DNA from: Cenarchaeum sp.
GTDB taxonomy: Archaea > Thermoproteota > Nitrososphaeria > Nitrososphaerales > Nitrosopumilaceae
NCBI GenBank assembly: GCA_963693095.2
Contig: OY843768.1
Span: 1,152,001-1,216,000, forward strand
DNA length: 64,000 nt
Reading direction: 5' to 3'
Position numbers and translations under genes: made by a program. Below the pieces are notes generated by a model. It was not told where the DNA came from. It did not search any database and was given only the letters and a program-made list of their open reading frames with translations. This document shows, one piece after another, positions 38,261-48,400 of the stretch (positions are counted from its first letter, which is position 1; each line of letters opens with the position of its first letter).

Positions 38261-38899
38261 TTGTTCTCCATATCGAGCCTAGTCGATGTCGTGCGCATAC
38301 CTCCAAACCTCTTTGGAACGACGATGAAAAAGGCCGCCATGAACATACTCAAGGAGAAGTACGAGAGCATGATAAACGCCGAGCTCGGGTATATCATCAT
38401 GATCCTCGACGTAAAGGTCGAGGAGATGGGAAGGCTAATCGCCGGTGACGGCGGGACGTTTCACAGGGTCGAGTTCGACGCGCTCACGTTCTATCCAAAG
38501 CTGCAAGAGATCGTCCGCGGCGAGATCGTCGACATCACTGACTTTGGCGCCTTTGTGAGGATAGGCCCGACTGATGCCCTCCTGCACCTCTCGCAGGTCA
38601 TGGACGACTATCTAAAGAGCGACGTAAAGGCCGGCACGATATTTGCAAACCAGAGCGAGCGGACACTAAAGGTCGGCTCGACATTGCGAACCAGGATAAC
38701 TGCCGTGTCCCTCGGCAAGGCCGCATCCATGGGCAAGATCGGAATAACGTGCAGGCAGCCGTTCCTTGGCGCCGATGAGTGGGTCGCCGAGGAGGTAAAG
38801 GGCTCAGCTGGAGGCGCAAAGTCCAAAAAGCCCGAGGGCAAAAAGGCAGAGGCCGCAGCCCCCAAGGCCAAGGCCAAAGCCAAGGCGGGATCAAAGTAG
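38261..38899 (+). CDS. rpoE1: DNA-directed RNA polymerase subunit E' (Rpo7)
   Basis: DVVRIPP, GDGG..H.V.F, S1 domain FGAFVRIGP.DALLH.SQ; TTG start at 38261. Confidence 0.95.
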   Translation: MFSISSLVDVVRIPPNLFGTTMKKAAMNILKEKYESMINAELGYIIMILDVKVEEMGRLIAGDGGTFHRVEFDALTFYPKLQEIVRGEIVDITDFGAFVRIGPTDALLHLSQVMDDYLKSDVKAGTIFANQSERTLKVGSTLRTRITAVSLGKAASMGKIGITCRQPFLGADEWVAEEVKGSAGGAKSKKPEGKKAEAAAPKAKAKAKAGSK

Positions 38900-38901
38900 A
38901 C

Positions 38902-39090
38902 ATGGCCCGCGAGATGGCGTGCCGAAAGTGCAAGTTTGTGACGACAGGCAAGGTCTGTCCCAGCTGCAAGTCATCTGACCTTACGCCGGACTGGAACGGC
39001 ATAGTGCTCGTCGTGGATCCCGAGACCTCCAACATTGCCCACACGCTAGGCATAACTGGAAAGGGCAAGTATGCCCTAAAGGTAACATGA
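38902..39090 (+). CDS. spt4: Transcription elongation factor Spt4 (RpoE'')
   Basis: ACRKC......CPSC.S..L..DW.G, G.YALKV. Confidence 0.93.
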   Translation: MAREMACRKCKFVTTGKVCPSCKSSDLTPDWNGIVLVVDPETSNIAHTLGITGKGKYALKVT

Positions 39091-39091
39091 G

Positions 39092-39928
39092 TTGCCGCAA
39101 AGCCCAAGGGGCCAGATTGCGCGATTTCTAGCCGAGGACATTGGCAAGGGCGACATTACCAGTGCGCTCCTTGCGCGTACGCGACTTGATGCCACACTAA
39201 TCACAAGGGAGCCATGCGTGGTTGCCGGCGCAAAGTGGGCGCGCGTGGCCTTTGAGCTTCGCGGGTGCACCGTGCGCGCGTGCGCGCGTGACGGCCGGCG
39301 CGCTCGCGCGGGCCAGGCCATAATGGACGTGCGCGGCACGGCCCAGGGCGTGCTCTCTGCTGAGAGGACTGCGCTCAACGTCCTCTCGCGCATGAGCGGA
39401 ATTGCAACGCAGACGCGCGCGCTCACGGCCATGCTGCGCGGGACGCGCGCGCGCGTCTATGCGACGCGCAAGACAGCGCCGGGCATGGGATTCTTTGACA
39501 AGGAGGCTGTCGCCGCCGGCGGCGGGGCGAGGCACAGGATGAACCTAGGCGAGGCGGTCCTCATAAAGGACAACCACATACTTGCAGCAGCGGCCTCGGG
39601 AATCGGCATGGCAGAGCTCGTGGAGCGCGCCGTGCGTAGGCACAAGAGCGTAGAGGTCGAAGTCGAGGGCGTGCGCGATGCGCTAGTCGCAGCGCGTGCC
39701 GGCGCGCACACCATAATGCTTGACAACTTTACGCCGGCGCGCGCTAGGCGTGCCGTGGAGGCCATCAGGCGCGAGGGCCTTCGCAGGCGCGTGAGGCTAG
39801 AGGCGTCTGGCGGCATTGGCGCGCGCAACATTGCGGCGTACGCAAGGGCCGGCGTTGACATGATATCGGTGGGCTCGATAACGTCATCTGTGCGCTCCAT
39901 AGACATGAGCCTCGAGGCGCGCGTCTAG
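39092..39928 (+). CDS. nadC: Nicotinate-nucleotide diphosphorylase (quinolinate phosphoribosyltransferase)
   Basis: ED...GDIT, TRKT.PG, HR..L..AVLIKDNH, EASGGI. Confidence 0.95.
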   Translation: MPQSPRGQIARFLAEDIGKGDITSALLARTRLDATLITREPCVVAGAKWARVAFELRGCTVRACARDGRRARAGQAIMDVRGTAQGVLSAERTALNVLSRMSGIATQTRALTAMLRGTRARVYATRKTAPGMGFFDKEAVAAGGGARHRMNLGEAVLIKDNHILAAAASGIGMAELVERAVRRHKSVEVEVEGVRDALVAARAGAHTIMLDNFTPARARRAVEAIRREGLRRRVRLEASGGIGARNIAAYARAGVDMISVGSITSSVRSIDMSLEARV

Positions 39929-40884
39929 CCTATCGCGAGCATGCGCTGGATGGCGCGCCGCGCGCGCTCGGCGGTTCGTGCTGGAACCCTCACCTCGTGC
40001 TGCGAGTGGAGGAGCGAGTCACGAACCTTTTCGAGCGTTATCATCTTCATGTACCGGCATTCAGCAGTGTCAGAGGCGGCGACAAATCGCTTGCCGGGAT
40101 TTTGGCGCGCGAGGCGGTACATCATGCCAGTTTCTGTCGCGACGACAAAGCTGCTCGAGTCAGACTCGGCGGCGCGCCTCATCATGCCCTCCGTGGACAG
40201 GATGCTTGCGCGAATGTCCCCGTATCCGCCCGTGGCGACATCGTGGAGTATGGGAGTTGTGCAGCTGCATTCGGGATGCACAAGAAACTCGGCATCACGC
40301 ATGGAATCCATCTTTTTGGCGACATCCTCTGGCCGTATGCCGGCGTGGACATGGCACTCACCTGCCCAGATTCGCATGTTCTTTCGTCCCGTCATCTTTG
40401 CGACGTATGCGCCAAGGAACATGTCAGGGAGGAACAGGATCTCGCGCGAGGGGGGAATCGCGTTGACCACCGCAACTGCATTGGATGACGTGCAGCAATA
40501 GTCGAGCTCGGCCTTTATCGCCGCCGTCGTGTTGACATATCCCACGGCAACGGCGCCCTCGTGCCGTGCCTTCCACGCCCTGAGATCATCTACTGTTATC
40601 GAGTCAGACAGTGAGCATCCCGCATCAAGATCCGGTATCAGGACGCGCTTTTGGGGCGATATTATGGCCGCAGTCTCGGCCATAAAGTGGACGCCGCAGA
40701 ACAGTATGGTCGAGTGCGGCGTTTGCGCCGCCTGCCTTGCGAGCCCAAGTGAGTCGCCGACATAGTCGGCCACGTCCTGCACGCCGGGAACCTGGTAGTT
40801 GTGGGCCAGGATGACCGTGTCCGTCTCGGCCTTTAGGCGCATGACCTCCTCTGTGAGCGCCCGTGGAGCCGCATTGCCGACCAT
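39925..40884 (-). CDS. nadA: Quinolinate synthase
   Basis: ILAHNYQ, GDSL.L, FCGVHFMAE, YVNT, CTSSNA, HPEC. Confidence 0.95.
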   Translation of the reverse strand: MVGNAAPRALTEEVMRLKAETDTVILAHNYQVPGVQDVADYVGDSLGLARQAAQTPHSTILFCGVHFMAETAAIISPQKRVLIPDLDAGCSLSDSITVDDLRAWKARHEGAVAVGYVNTTAAIKAELDYCCTSSNAVAVVNAIPPSREILFLPDMFLGAYVAKMTGRKNMRIWAGECHVHAGIRPEDVAKKMDSMRDAEFLVHPECSCTTPILHDVATGGYGDIRASILSTEGMMRRAAESDSSSFVVATETGMMYRLARQNPGKRFVAASDTAECRYMKMITLEKVRDSLLHSQHEVRVPARTAERARRAIQRMLAIG

Positions 40885-40975
40885 TGCGCAGGGTAGTGCC
40901 GCGTCCCGCATTTAAAGAGTGGCGAGACGGCATTTTGTGCGCAATGCTGCGCACAATGTGGCAATTATTGCCCGT

Positions 40976-41785
40976 TCAGGCGCCCAGTCGAACCGAGCCG
41001 CGCGTGGCGCACACGCGCGCGAGCAGGTCAAGGGCAGAGAGTGCGGCCAGGCGGCTCGTCCGCGGGTTTGAGGCATCCGGCACGTTGGAGACGGTGATAT
41101 CCATGGAGCCAAACGCGCCGTGGGCCTCGATCTTGTGCGTGTTGGAGGAGGCAGCACAGTCGGCGACGATGCGCACCCTCGTCTTGTGCGCGCCCAGCGT
41201 CGCCAGGCTCAAGAGTGCGGCAACGTTGATGTTTTGCGGGAATCCCAGGACGGCATCAAGGGCGCTGCCCGAAAAGATCTCAGCCGAGCCAGACGTGGGC
41301 AGCCCGCTTGCCCCCGGCGCGCCGCGCAGCGAGTCAGGGTGCTTTGTGGTCGTCAGCGTGACTGCATCAAGCTCGTTGCGCACCGCACGCAGCGCGTCAA
41401 GGCCGGCGATGGCGCCTGATGGCAGGTAGATGAACCGGTCAAACTCGGCGCACGCCTCGGAGAGGACCTCAAGGACGGCCTCGTCTAGCAGTGCGCCGGC
41501 GCTCATGACCACAAGGTCACGCCTGTTCTGCAGAACGCTCAGCGCATAGTCGCGCACGGCATCCTGCGAGGCGGCCTCGACGACCATGTCGACCGGATAC
41601 GAGGAGAGCATGTGCGCGTTCTCTGCGATGATCGGAGGCGAGGAGAGGGCCGAGGCGAGCCGTGCGGAGGCCTCTGGAACCTCGTCATACACGTGCGTGA
41701 GGCGCGCATCTATTGCGCCCGAGTCGATTGCGCGCGCGATCTGGCTCCCGATTGCGCCGCACCCAAGGAGTGCCACTCGCTTCAT
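40976..41785 (-). CDS. nadX: L-aspartate dehydrogenase
   Basis: GCGAIG, EAASQ, PSGAI.GLD, FPQNINVAA, NPRTS.LA. Confidence 0.93.
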   Translation of the reverse strand: MKRVALLGCGAIGSQIARAIDSGAIDARLTHVYDEVPEASARLASALSSPPIIAENAHMLSSYPVDMVVEAASQDAVRDYALSVLQNRRDLVVMSAGALLDEAVLEVLSEACAEFDRFIYLPSGAIAGLDALRAVRNELDAVTLTTTKHPDSLRGAPGASGLPTSGSAEIFSGSALDAVLGFPQNINVAALLSLATLGAHKTRVRIVADCAASSNTHKIEAHGAFGSMDITVSNVPDASNPRTSRLAALSALDLLARVCATRGSVRLGA

Positions 41786-41916
41786 GCTCGGAGCGCCGCC
41801 GGCGTGGCGCAATTAACCCTACGCATTGCGGCAACCCATGCCACACATGGCGCGTGCGTCGGCAATGGTGATGTGGGCAAACGCCTTTTTATTGTGGGCC
41901 TCCCTGTAGGGGCGGG

Positions 41917-42756
41917 ATGCTCAACGAGGTGTATCGGCACGCCATGGAGAACAGGGAGAGGCTAGTCGGCTCGCTGGGCAACTATGGCGACATTGTGGAT
42001 GAGGCAAGGCGCCGCTGGACATGCCACGAGGCGCCGCGCAGGGAGCGTCCCGAGACGCTCGGCGTGGACGGAAGCTGCAACAGGATATCGTACCAGGGCT
42101 TGGAGATCTGGGTGTCCACCGCAGTGGCCGCATCGCCAGACGGCCGGATTGTGGAAGGCATGACGCCGAGGATGGGCATAGGGCGCAACACGAAACTGCA
42201 TGACACGATGCGCCAGATGGAGGCCGACGCGTGCGCCAAGGCGTCGGACCTCGCCGAGATCGTCCTCGTGGACGGCTCGCTGCGCACAGTCTTTATCGCC
42301 GATGACGAGGGCTCAAGGAACGACCTCTTGCGCCTCCTGCGCGGCAACGAGACGCGGATCATATTTGTCTCAAAGACATCCGAGGTCGACTTTGAGTTTG
42401 GCGACATGGGCGCAATTGCCGGCGACATTTACTATTACGGGCTGGCAAGCTGCGAGCCGGGGTTTAGCGACATTCTAGTAAAGGAGGCGCCGCGCACAAG
42501 CATGCCGATATCCTCGACATATGCGCGCCTTGCGCGCTCGGCACCGCTCATGAAGGTCGAGATGCTCGGCGACGGCATAGGAGAGGGTGACGTTCGCGGC
42601 CTCCTCGCGCAGCTGGGAGCGCAGTGCGCAGGAGGGTACCCGCAGGCGCTGCGGCAGGCCCACAACGAGTGCACGATCACCAACGACACGATGGACGCGA
42701 TTGCCGGAATATTTGGAATCAGCGGCGCAGTTGGCTCGAGGGCGATCCTGCAATGA
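41917..42756 (+). CDS. nurA: DNA double-strand-break repair nuclease NurA
   Basis: GVDGS, LVDGSL, SKTS, GYP.AL..AH; first gene of nurA-herA-mre11-rad50. Confidence 0.88.
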   Translation: MLNEVYRHAMENRERLVGSLGNYGDIVDEARRRWTCHEAPRRERPETLGVDGSCNRISYQGLEIWVSTAVAASPDGRIVEGMTPRMGIGRNTKLHDTMRQMEADACAKASDLAEIVLVDGSLRTVFIADDEGSRNDLLRLLRGNETRIIFVSKTSEVDFEFGDMGAIAGDIYYYGLASCEPGFSDILVKEAPRTSMPISSTYARLARSAPLMKVEMLGDGIGEGDVRGLLAQLGAQCAGGYPQALRQAHNECTITNDTMDAIAGIFGISGAVGSRAILQ

Positions 42757-44306
42757 GCGACGAGCGCCGCGGATTTGTGACTGGCGAGCCGATCTCATCA
42801 AAGGTCGAGGCCATAACGTCAAGGCCGTTTGCAGTGGGCGAGTATGTCATAATTGAGCTCGAGAAGACAAAGGTCCTCGGCATGGTCGAGGAGTCAGTCG
42901 TTCGCAGCGCGACGCTCTCGGACGTGCCAAATTTCGAGTATGCCGAGGAGCTAGTCGACATTGTGCGCGCCAACACGCGCGACAAGCGCCACACGGCGTC
43001 AATATCCATCATCGGCTCACTAGAGGCGATCCGGCGAGGGCGGCCAGAGATACCCGCAATCCCGCCGCTGCCGGGCAGCAGCGTCTCCATAGCCAGTGCG
43101 AAGAGCCTGACGGAGGTCTTTGCGCCAGGGGGGAGCCAGTGGGCCAGGGTCGGCACGCTCATGCGCAACTCCGACGTGGACGTAAAGGTAAACCTGGACA
43201 AGGCAGTCTCTAGGCATGTCGCAATACTGGCAATGACCGGCATGGGCAAGAGCAACACGGTCTCGCTGCTGACGCGCGAGATGGCCTCGCGCGGCGGAAC
43301 CGTGGTGATATTTGACTATCATGGAGAGTACGCCTCGCTGCGCATACCCGGCATAAACTCACTAGACGCAAAGATAAACCCGCGCCGCCTCGGCGCCGAG
43401 GAGCTCGCCGACATGCTAGACTTTAGGGCCAACGCCGACAAGCAGCGCGCCGTCCTGTCCAGGGCGCTCACGTCAGACGTCAGGAAGGCCAAGGATTTTT
43501 GGAACGCGCTCATCGACTCGATACAGGTGAGCGCCGAGGACTCCAAATCAAAGCATGTCGTCCACAGGGTCATCGAGAAGGTCGAGTATGCGGTAAAGAA
43601 GATGGGCGACATACTCGATCCGGAGATAGACGACCCCATGGCCCTCATAAAGCCAGGGCGCGCCAACGTTCTTGGCACGTCCGAGTTTGGCGAAAAGCAG
43701 GCCAACACCGCACTTGCGTTCTATATGAGAAACATACTTGATGACAGAAAGGAGGCCACGATTGCGGGCAGGCATGGAAGGGGCGCGGACGTCAGGTTTA
43801 CGTCCCCCGTGTTTATTGTCATAGAGGAGGCACACGTGTTCGTCCCCAGGGATCGCGACACGGGCGCAAAGGACATGGCCGCAAAGATAGCGCGCGAGGG
43901 CCGCAAGTTTGGAGTCGGAATGTGCATAGTGTCGCAAAGGCCACGCGCGCTGGATCTTGCGGTCCTGAGCCAGATGAGCTCGTTTGCCGTCATGCGCATG
44001 ATACAGCAGGACGACCAGAGGCAAGTCGAGACCGCATCCGAGTCGGCCGGAAAGGCACTCATCGCGCAGCTCTCCACGCTCAACGTCGGCGAGGCTGTCC
44101 TGACGGGCCAGTGGACTCCCCTCAACGCCATGGTTCGCATTGACGAGATAAGCGAAAAGATTTCCGGCGCAGACCAGAGCGCAACGACTGACTGGGCCAC
44201 AGAGTCAAAAAAGCAGGGTGCCGGAGTCGAGAGGGTGAGCGAGATGATCCAGACGGACAAGCTAAGGCCGCGTGAGCAGGGCGGGGCAGGGCAGAGGCGG
44301 GCATGA
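42753..44306 (+). CDS. herA: Bipolar helicase/translocase HerA
   Basis: HAS barrel, RH.AILAMTGMGKSN, FDYHGEY, IEEAH, IAREGRKFGVG...VSQRP. Confidence 0.93.
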   Translation: MSDERRGFVTGEPISSKVEAITSRPFAVGEYVIIELEKTKVLGMVEESVVRSATLSDVPNFEYAEELVDIVRANTRDKRHTASISIIGSLEAIRRGRPEIPAIPPLPGSSVSIASAKSLTEVFAPGGSQWARVGTLMRNSDVDVKVNLDKAVSRHVAILAMTGMGKSNTVSLLTREMASRGGTVVIFDYHGEYASLRIPGINSLDAKINPRRLGAEELADMLDFRANADKQRAVLSRALTSDVRKAKDFWNALIDSIQVSAEDSKSKHVVHRVIEKVEYAVKKMGDILDPEIDDPMALIKPGRANVLGTSEFGEKQANTALAFYMRNILDDRKEATIAGRHGRGADVRFTSPVFIVIEEAHVFVPRDRDTGAKDMAAKIAREGRKFGVGMCIVSQRPRALDLAVLSQMSSFAVMRMIQQDDQRQVETASESAGKALIAQLSTLNVGEAVLTGQWTPLNAMVRIDEISEKISGADQSATTDWATESKKQGAGVERVSEMIQTDKLRPREQGGAGQRRA

Positions 44307-45451
44307 GATTTGCGCACATATCTGACATGCACCTGGGCCAGACACAGTACGGCAGGGCAGAGCGCGAGGATGACATGTATGACGCCTTTGATGAGGCAGT
44401 GGACATCTCGATCAAGGACAGGGTCGACTTTGCCGTACTCGCCGGCGACCTGTTTGACAAGCCGGTTCCAAGCGGCCGTGCCATAGTCTCCCTTGGCAAC
44501 TCGCTCAAGAGGCTAAGTGACGCCGACATAAAGGCGTACTTTATACTCGGCGAGCACGACGTCAGCAGGGTCAGGGCAACGCCGGTCGCACAAGTGTACC
44601 ACAACCTCGAGGTCGCCGATTACATTGGCCACGGCACGCCAGTGATGCACAAGGACACGCTTCTAGTCGGCATGGACAAGAAGCGCCGTGATGAGATGCC
44701 CGAGCATGCCGAGGTCATGGCCAGGGCCGATGCGGCCGCAAGGGCGCACACCGGTCGCAGCGTGCTAGTCATGCACCAGGGACTCATGGAGGTCAACAAG
44801 TTTGCCGGCGAGATCGCCGTCTCGGAGATGCCAAAGTCGTTCTCCTACTATGCGATGGGCCACCTGCACGACAGGCACGAAAGGCGCTTTGAGTCCCTCG
44901 GCGGCCCCCTTGCGTATCCCGGCTCGACGGAGGTGAGCTCGATGGAGGGCATACGCGGCACGAAAAAGGGGTTCTATGAGGTCGACATCTCCGGCGAGGA
45001 GGCGTCCATGGACTGGATCGCCCTAGACACGCGCCCACACGTCTCATTTGACGCCGAGTACGACGCCATGGGCTCGCGCGTCGCCGAGATCGTCGCCGAG
45101 ATAAGGCGGCTAAAAAAGAGCCCTGTCGTCAGGCTCAACGTGAGTGGCCCAAAGGTCGACGTGGGAGCGGCACACGAGCAGGCCGTGCCGATTCGCGAGG
45201 CTGCCCTCCACCTGCAGGTCAACGCAAGCCACACGGAGGGTAGCGAGGGCGCAGGGGAGGTCATGGTCGAGAGGCCCGTGCACATGGACGACGAGCGTGC
45301 GCGCCTGGCCGAGAAGGCCCTGGGCGACGGGTCGCTCTCGAATCTTGCGCTAAAGGCGCTCCTGCCCCTCCTCTCTGCTGGCAGAATGGACGAGGCACTA
45401 AAGGTGGTCATGGACGACTATGAGAGTTTCAGGAAGGGGCGTACAAAATGA
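44303..45451 (+). CDS. mre11: DNA repair nuclease Mre11
   Basis: HISD.HLG, AGDLFD, GEHD, MHQ, YYAMGHLH, YPGS. Confidence 0.93.
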   Translation: MRFAHISDMHLGQTQYGRAEREDDMYDAFDEAVDISIKDRVDFAVLAGDLFDKPVPSGRAIVSLGNSLKRLSDADIKAYFILGEHDVSRVRATPVAQVYHNLEVADYIGHGTPVMHKDTLLVGMDKKRRDEMPEHAEVMARADAAARAHTGRSVLVMHQGLMEVNKFAGEIAVSEMPKSFSYYAMGHLHDRHERRFESLGGPLAYPGSTEVSSMEGIRGTKKGFYEVDISGEEASMDWIALDTRPHVSFDAEYDAMGSRVAEIVAEIRRLKKSPVVRLNVSGPKVDVGAAHEQAVPIREAALHLQVNASHTEGSEGAGEVMVERPVHMDDERARLAEKALGDGSLSNLALKALLPLLSAGRMDEALKVVMDDYESFRKGRTK

Positions 45452-48400
45452 TTATCGAAGTCGAGCTCGTGGACTTTTTGTCGCATGGCACAACAAGCGT
45501 AAAATTTGGTCCCGGAATGAACGTCATAGTCGGGCCCAACGGTGCCGGCAAGTCAAGCATTGTTGATGCAATAACGTTCGCGTTCTTTGGCAAGCACACG
45601 CGCAAGGTGAACAAGCTGCTCATACGCCACGGTGCCACGTCAGGATACGCAACGGTGATCTTTGAGGTTGGAGACAGGCGATTCATGGCCACAAGAAAGC
45701 TAAAGACGGGTGGTGCCGCAACGCCCACGCTGTACGAATGGTCAGACAAGACATGGGTCAATGTGGCCGCAGGCGAACGAAGGCAGATGGACGAGTCAAC
45801 GACGCGCGTGATTGAGGACATTGTCGGTATGGACTTTGAAAAGATGCAGATAGCGTCAATAATAAGGCAGGGCGAGCTGGCCGACATAGTGCGCGAGTCG
45901 CCCAAGGAGTTCAAGACGCGCATCAACGACATTATCGGGAACAGTGACCTTGATGTGGCCGATGGAATGATGGCCGACCTGCTTGCGGGGTTCCGCAACA
46001 GCATTCGTGACAGGCTTGGGCATGATGACCTGCACCTGCCCACGATCACCGCCGAACTCGAGGATGACAGGGCCGAGTCCCAAAAGGCCGGCGCCGAGAT
46101 GCGAGCGCTAGCCGCCGAGCGCGCAGAGGCCGAGGCTGGGATAAAGGCGCTGGAGGACGAGGCCTCGCGCGCCGAGGAAGGCGCGAGGGCCAGGGGAGAG
46201 CTCGAGGCAAGGAGCGCCGAGCTCGCAAAGTATGCGAGTGAGGCGGGCCGCGAGGCCGCAGCCGACAGGGACAGGATCGCCGGCGAGGCCGCCGAGTGCC
46301 GCAGGCGCCTCGGCGAGTGCGAGGCCGGCGGTGGCGGCGGCGCTGATGCCATGAGGTCGCGCGCGGCCGCTATCGAGGCCGAGCTCGCACGCGCCGAGGA
46401 GGGCTCGAGGGCCAGGGGAGAGCTCGAGGCAAGGGGTGCCGAGCTCGCAAAGTATGCGAGTGAGGCGGGCCGCGAGGCCGCAGGCGACAGGGACAGGATC
46501 GCCGGCGAGGCCGCCGAGTGCCGCAGGCGCCTCGGCGAGTGCGAGGCCGGCGGTGGCGGCGGCGCTGATGCCATGAGGTCGCGCGCGGCCGCCGTCGAGG
46601 CCGAGCTCACACGCGCCGAGGAAGGCGCGAGGGCCAGTGGCGAGCTAGATGTGAGGAGAAAGGAGCTCGCCGGACATGCGAAGCAGAGGGGTCGCGAGGC
46701 CGCCGCCGACAGGGACAGGATCGCTGGCGTGGCCGCCGAGTGCCGCAGTCTCCTTGATGTTGCCCGGACCGCCGGAGAGGTGGCCACAAGGCTCGAGGAG
46801 GCGCGGCATGAGTTGGAGGCCGAGGCAGAGCTTGTGACCTCCGATGAAAAAAAGACGGCAGCTCTGGAGGAACAGACTGTTATTGCAGGCAGGCTCACAC
46901 TAAAAGACGGCAAGTGTCCCGTATGCGACTCGCGCGTGAGCAGCCTAAACCCACTGTTCGCAATAGAGCACATCAAGGACGAGATGGAGCGCACCCTGGC
47001 AGACACAAGGGTTCACAAGGAGGCCGTGAAACGACACACCTCTAGGATTGACGAGCTCACAGTGCAGGAGAGGCAGGCAATGAAGGCAAAGAGCGCACTC
47101 GATGCGCACAATGTGAGCAGTGTCGATGACATTGAGGCCATGTCCAAAAGGGCCGTCGCGCTAGAAGAGACGATCAGCATGGCCGAGGCGTGCGCGCGCG
47201 GCGACTGGCAGGCCGGCGCGGGCATCGACTCGCAGGCCAGGGCGCATTGCGAGGCCATCGCGTCTCTGGAGGAGACGGCAGGGCGCGCCGGCGCGCGGCC
47301 AGTCGAGGAGCTCGAGTCCGAGCTCACAGCAGTGCGCCATGCGATCGACGCAGTGACGTTCCTAGAGGCCCACTCGGTGGGCGGCGCGGCTGACATTGAC
47401 GCAATGGAGCGTAGGGCCGAGGCGCTCGGAGCAGTGGCCGAGATGGCCGAGGCGTGTGCGCGCGGCGACTGGCAGGCCGGCGCGGGCATCGACTCGCAGG
47501 CCAGGGCGCACTGCGAGGCCATCGCGGCCCTGGAGGAGAGGGTCGCCGGCGCCGGCGGGCGGCCAGCAGGGGAGATCAGGGCCGAGCTCGAGGCCGTGCG
47601 GCGCGCGATCGACGCAGCAACGTTCCTGGAGGCGCACTCGGTGGGCGGCGCGGCAGACATCGAGGACATGGAGCGCAAGGCCGAGGGGCTAGACGCCGTG
47701 GTGGGCATGGCCGAGGCGTGCGCGCGCGGCGACTGGCAGGCCGGCGCGGGCATCGACTCGCAGGCCAGGGCGCACTGCGAGGCCATCGCGGCCCTGGAGG
47801 AGACGGCAGGACGCGCCGGCGGGAGGGGCGTCGCCGAGATCACCGCAGAGCTCAAGGACGCAAAGGCCGCCCTAGACGGCGTAAACCGGAGGCACGGCGG
47901 CGCCGAACAGCGCGCAAGGGCGCTCGCCGACAGCATCTCAAAGAACGGCAGGCTCTCTGCGGAGCTCGAGACGGTCAGCGCGTATGTCAGGAGGCTAGAC
48001 TCGATCAGGGACGTCTTTAGGCGCGACGGGCCGGTGGCGACTAGCATGAGATCATGGGCACTAGACGAGATAGCAAGGGGAAGCACCGAGCACCTGGGCC
48101 TGCTTGACACGAGAATAAACAGGATTACGCTCTCAGAGAAGGACAGAAACGTGACAGTAACATGCCATGCCGGAGTCACCACAAGCGGCGTCTACTCGCT
48201 GAGCGGCGGCGAGCAGGTCTGCGTGGCGCTGGCCCTACGCCTCGGAATGGCAAGGCTACTCGGGCCTAGTGGGCCAAGATACGTCATACTCGACGAGCCG
48301 ACTGCGCACCTTGACGAGGAGCGCAGAAAGGCGCTAGCGCACGTGCTCACAAACCTGTCCGGAGCATCTGAGGGAAGGGCGCCCATGCAGTTTATCATGA

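Noticed and set aside
41917-44306. NurA-HerA as an anti-phage HerA system
   Set aside because: It lies in the canonical archaeal nurA-herA-mre11-rad50 repair operon.
45429-48182. Long minus-strand ORFs (525 aa and 389 aa) opposite rad50
   Set aside because: Ser/Ala-rich shadows of Glu/Ala-rich codons, with no motifs.
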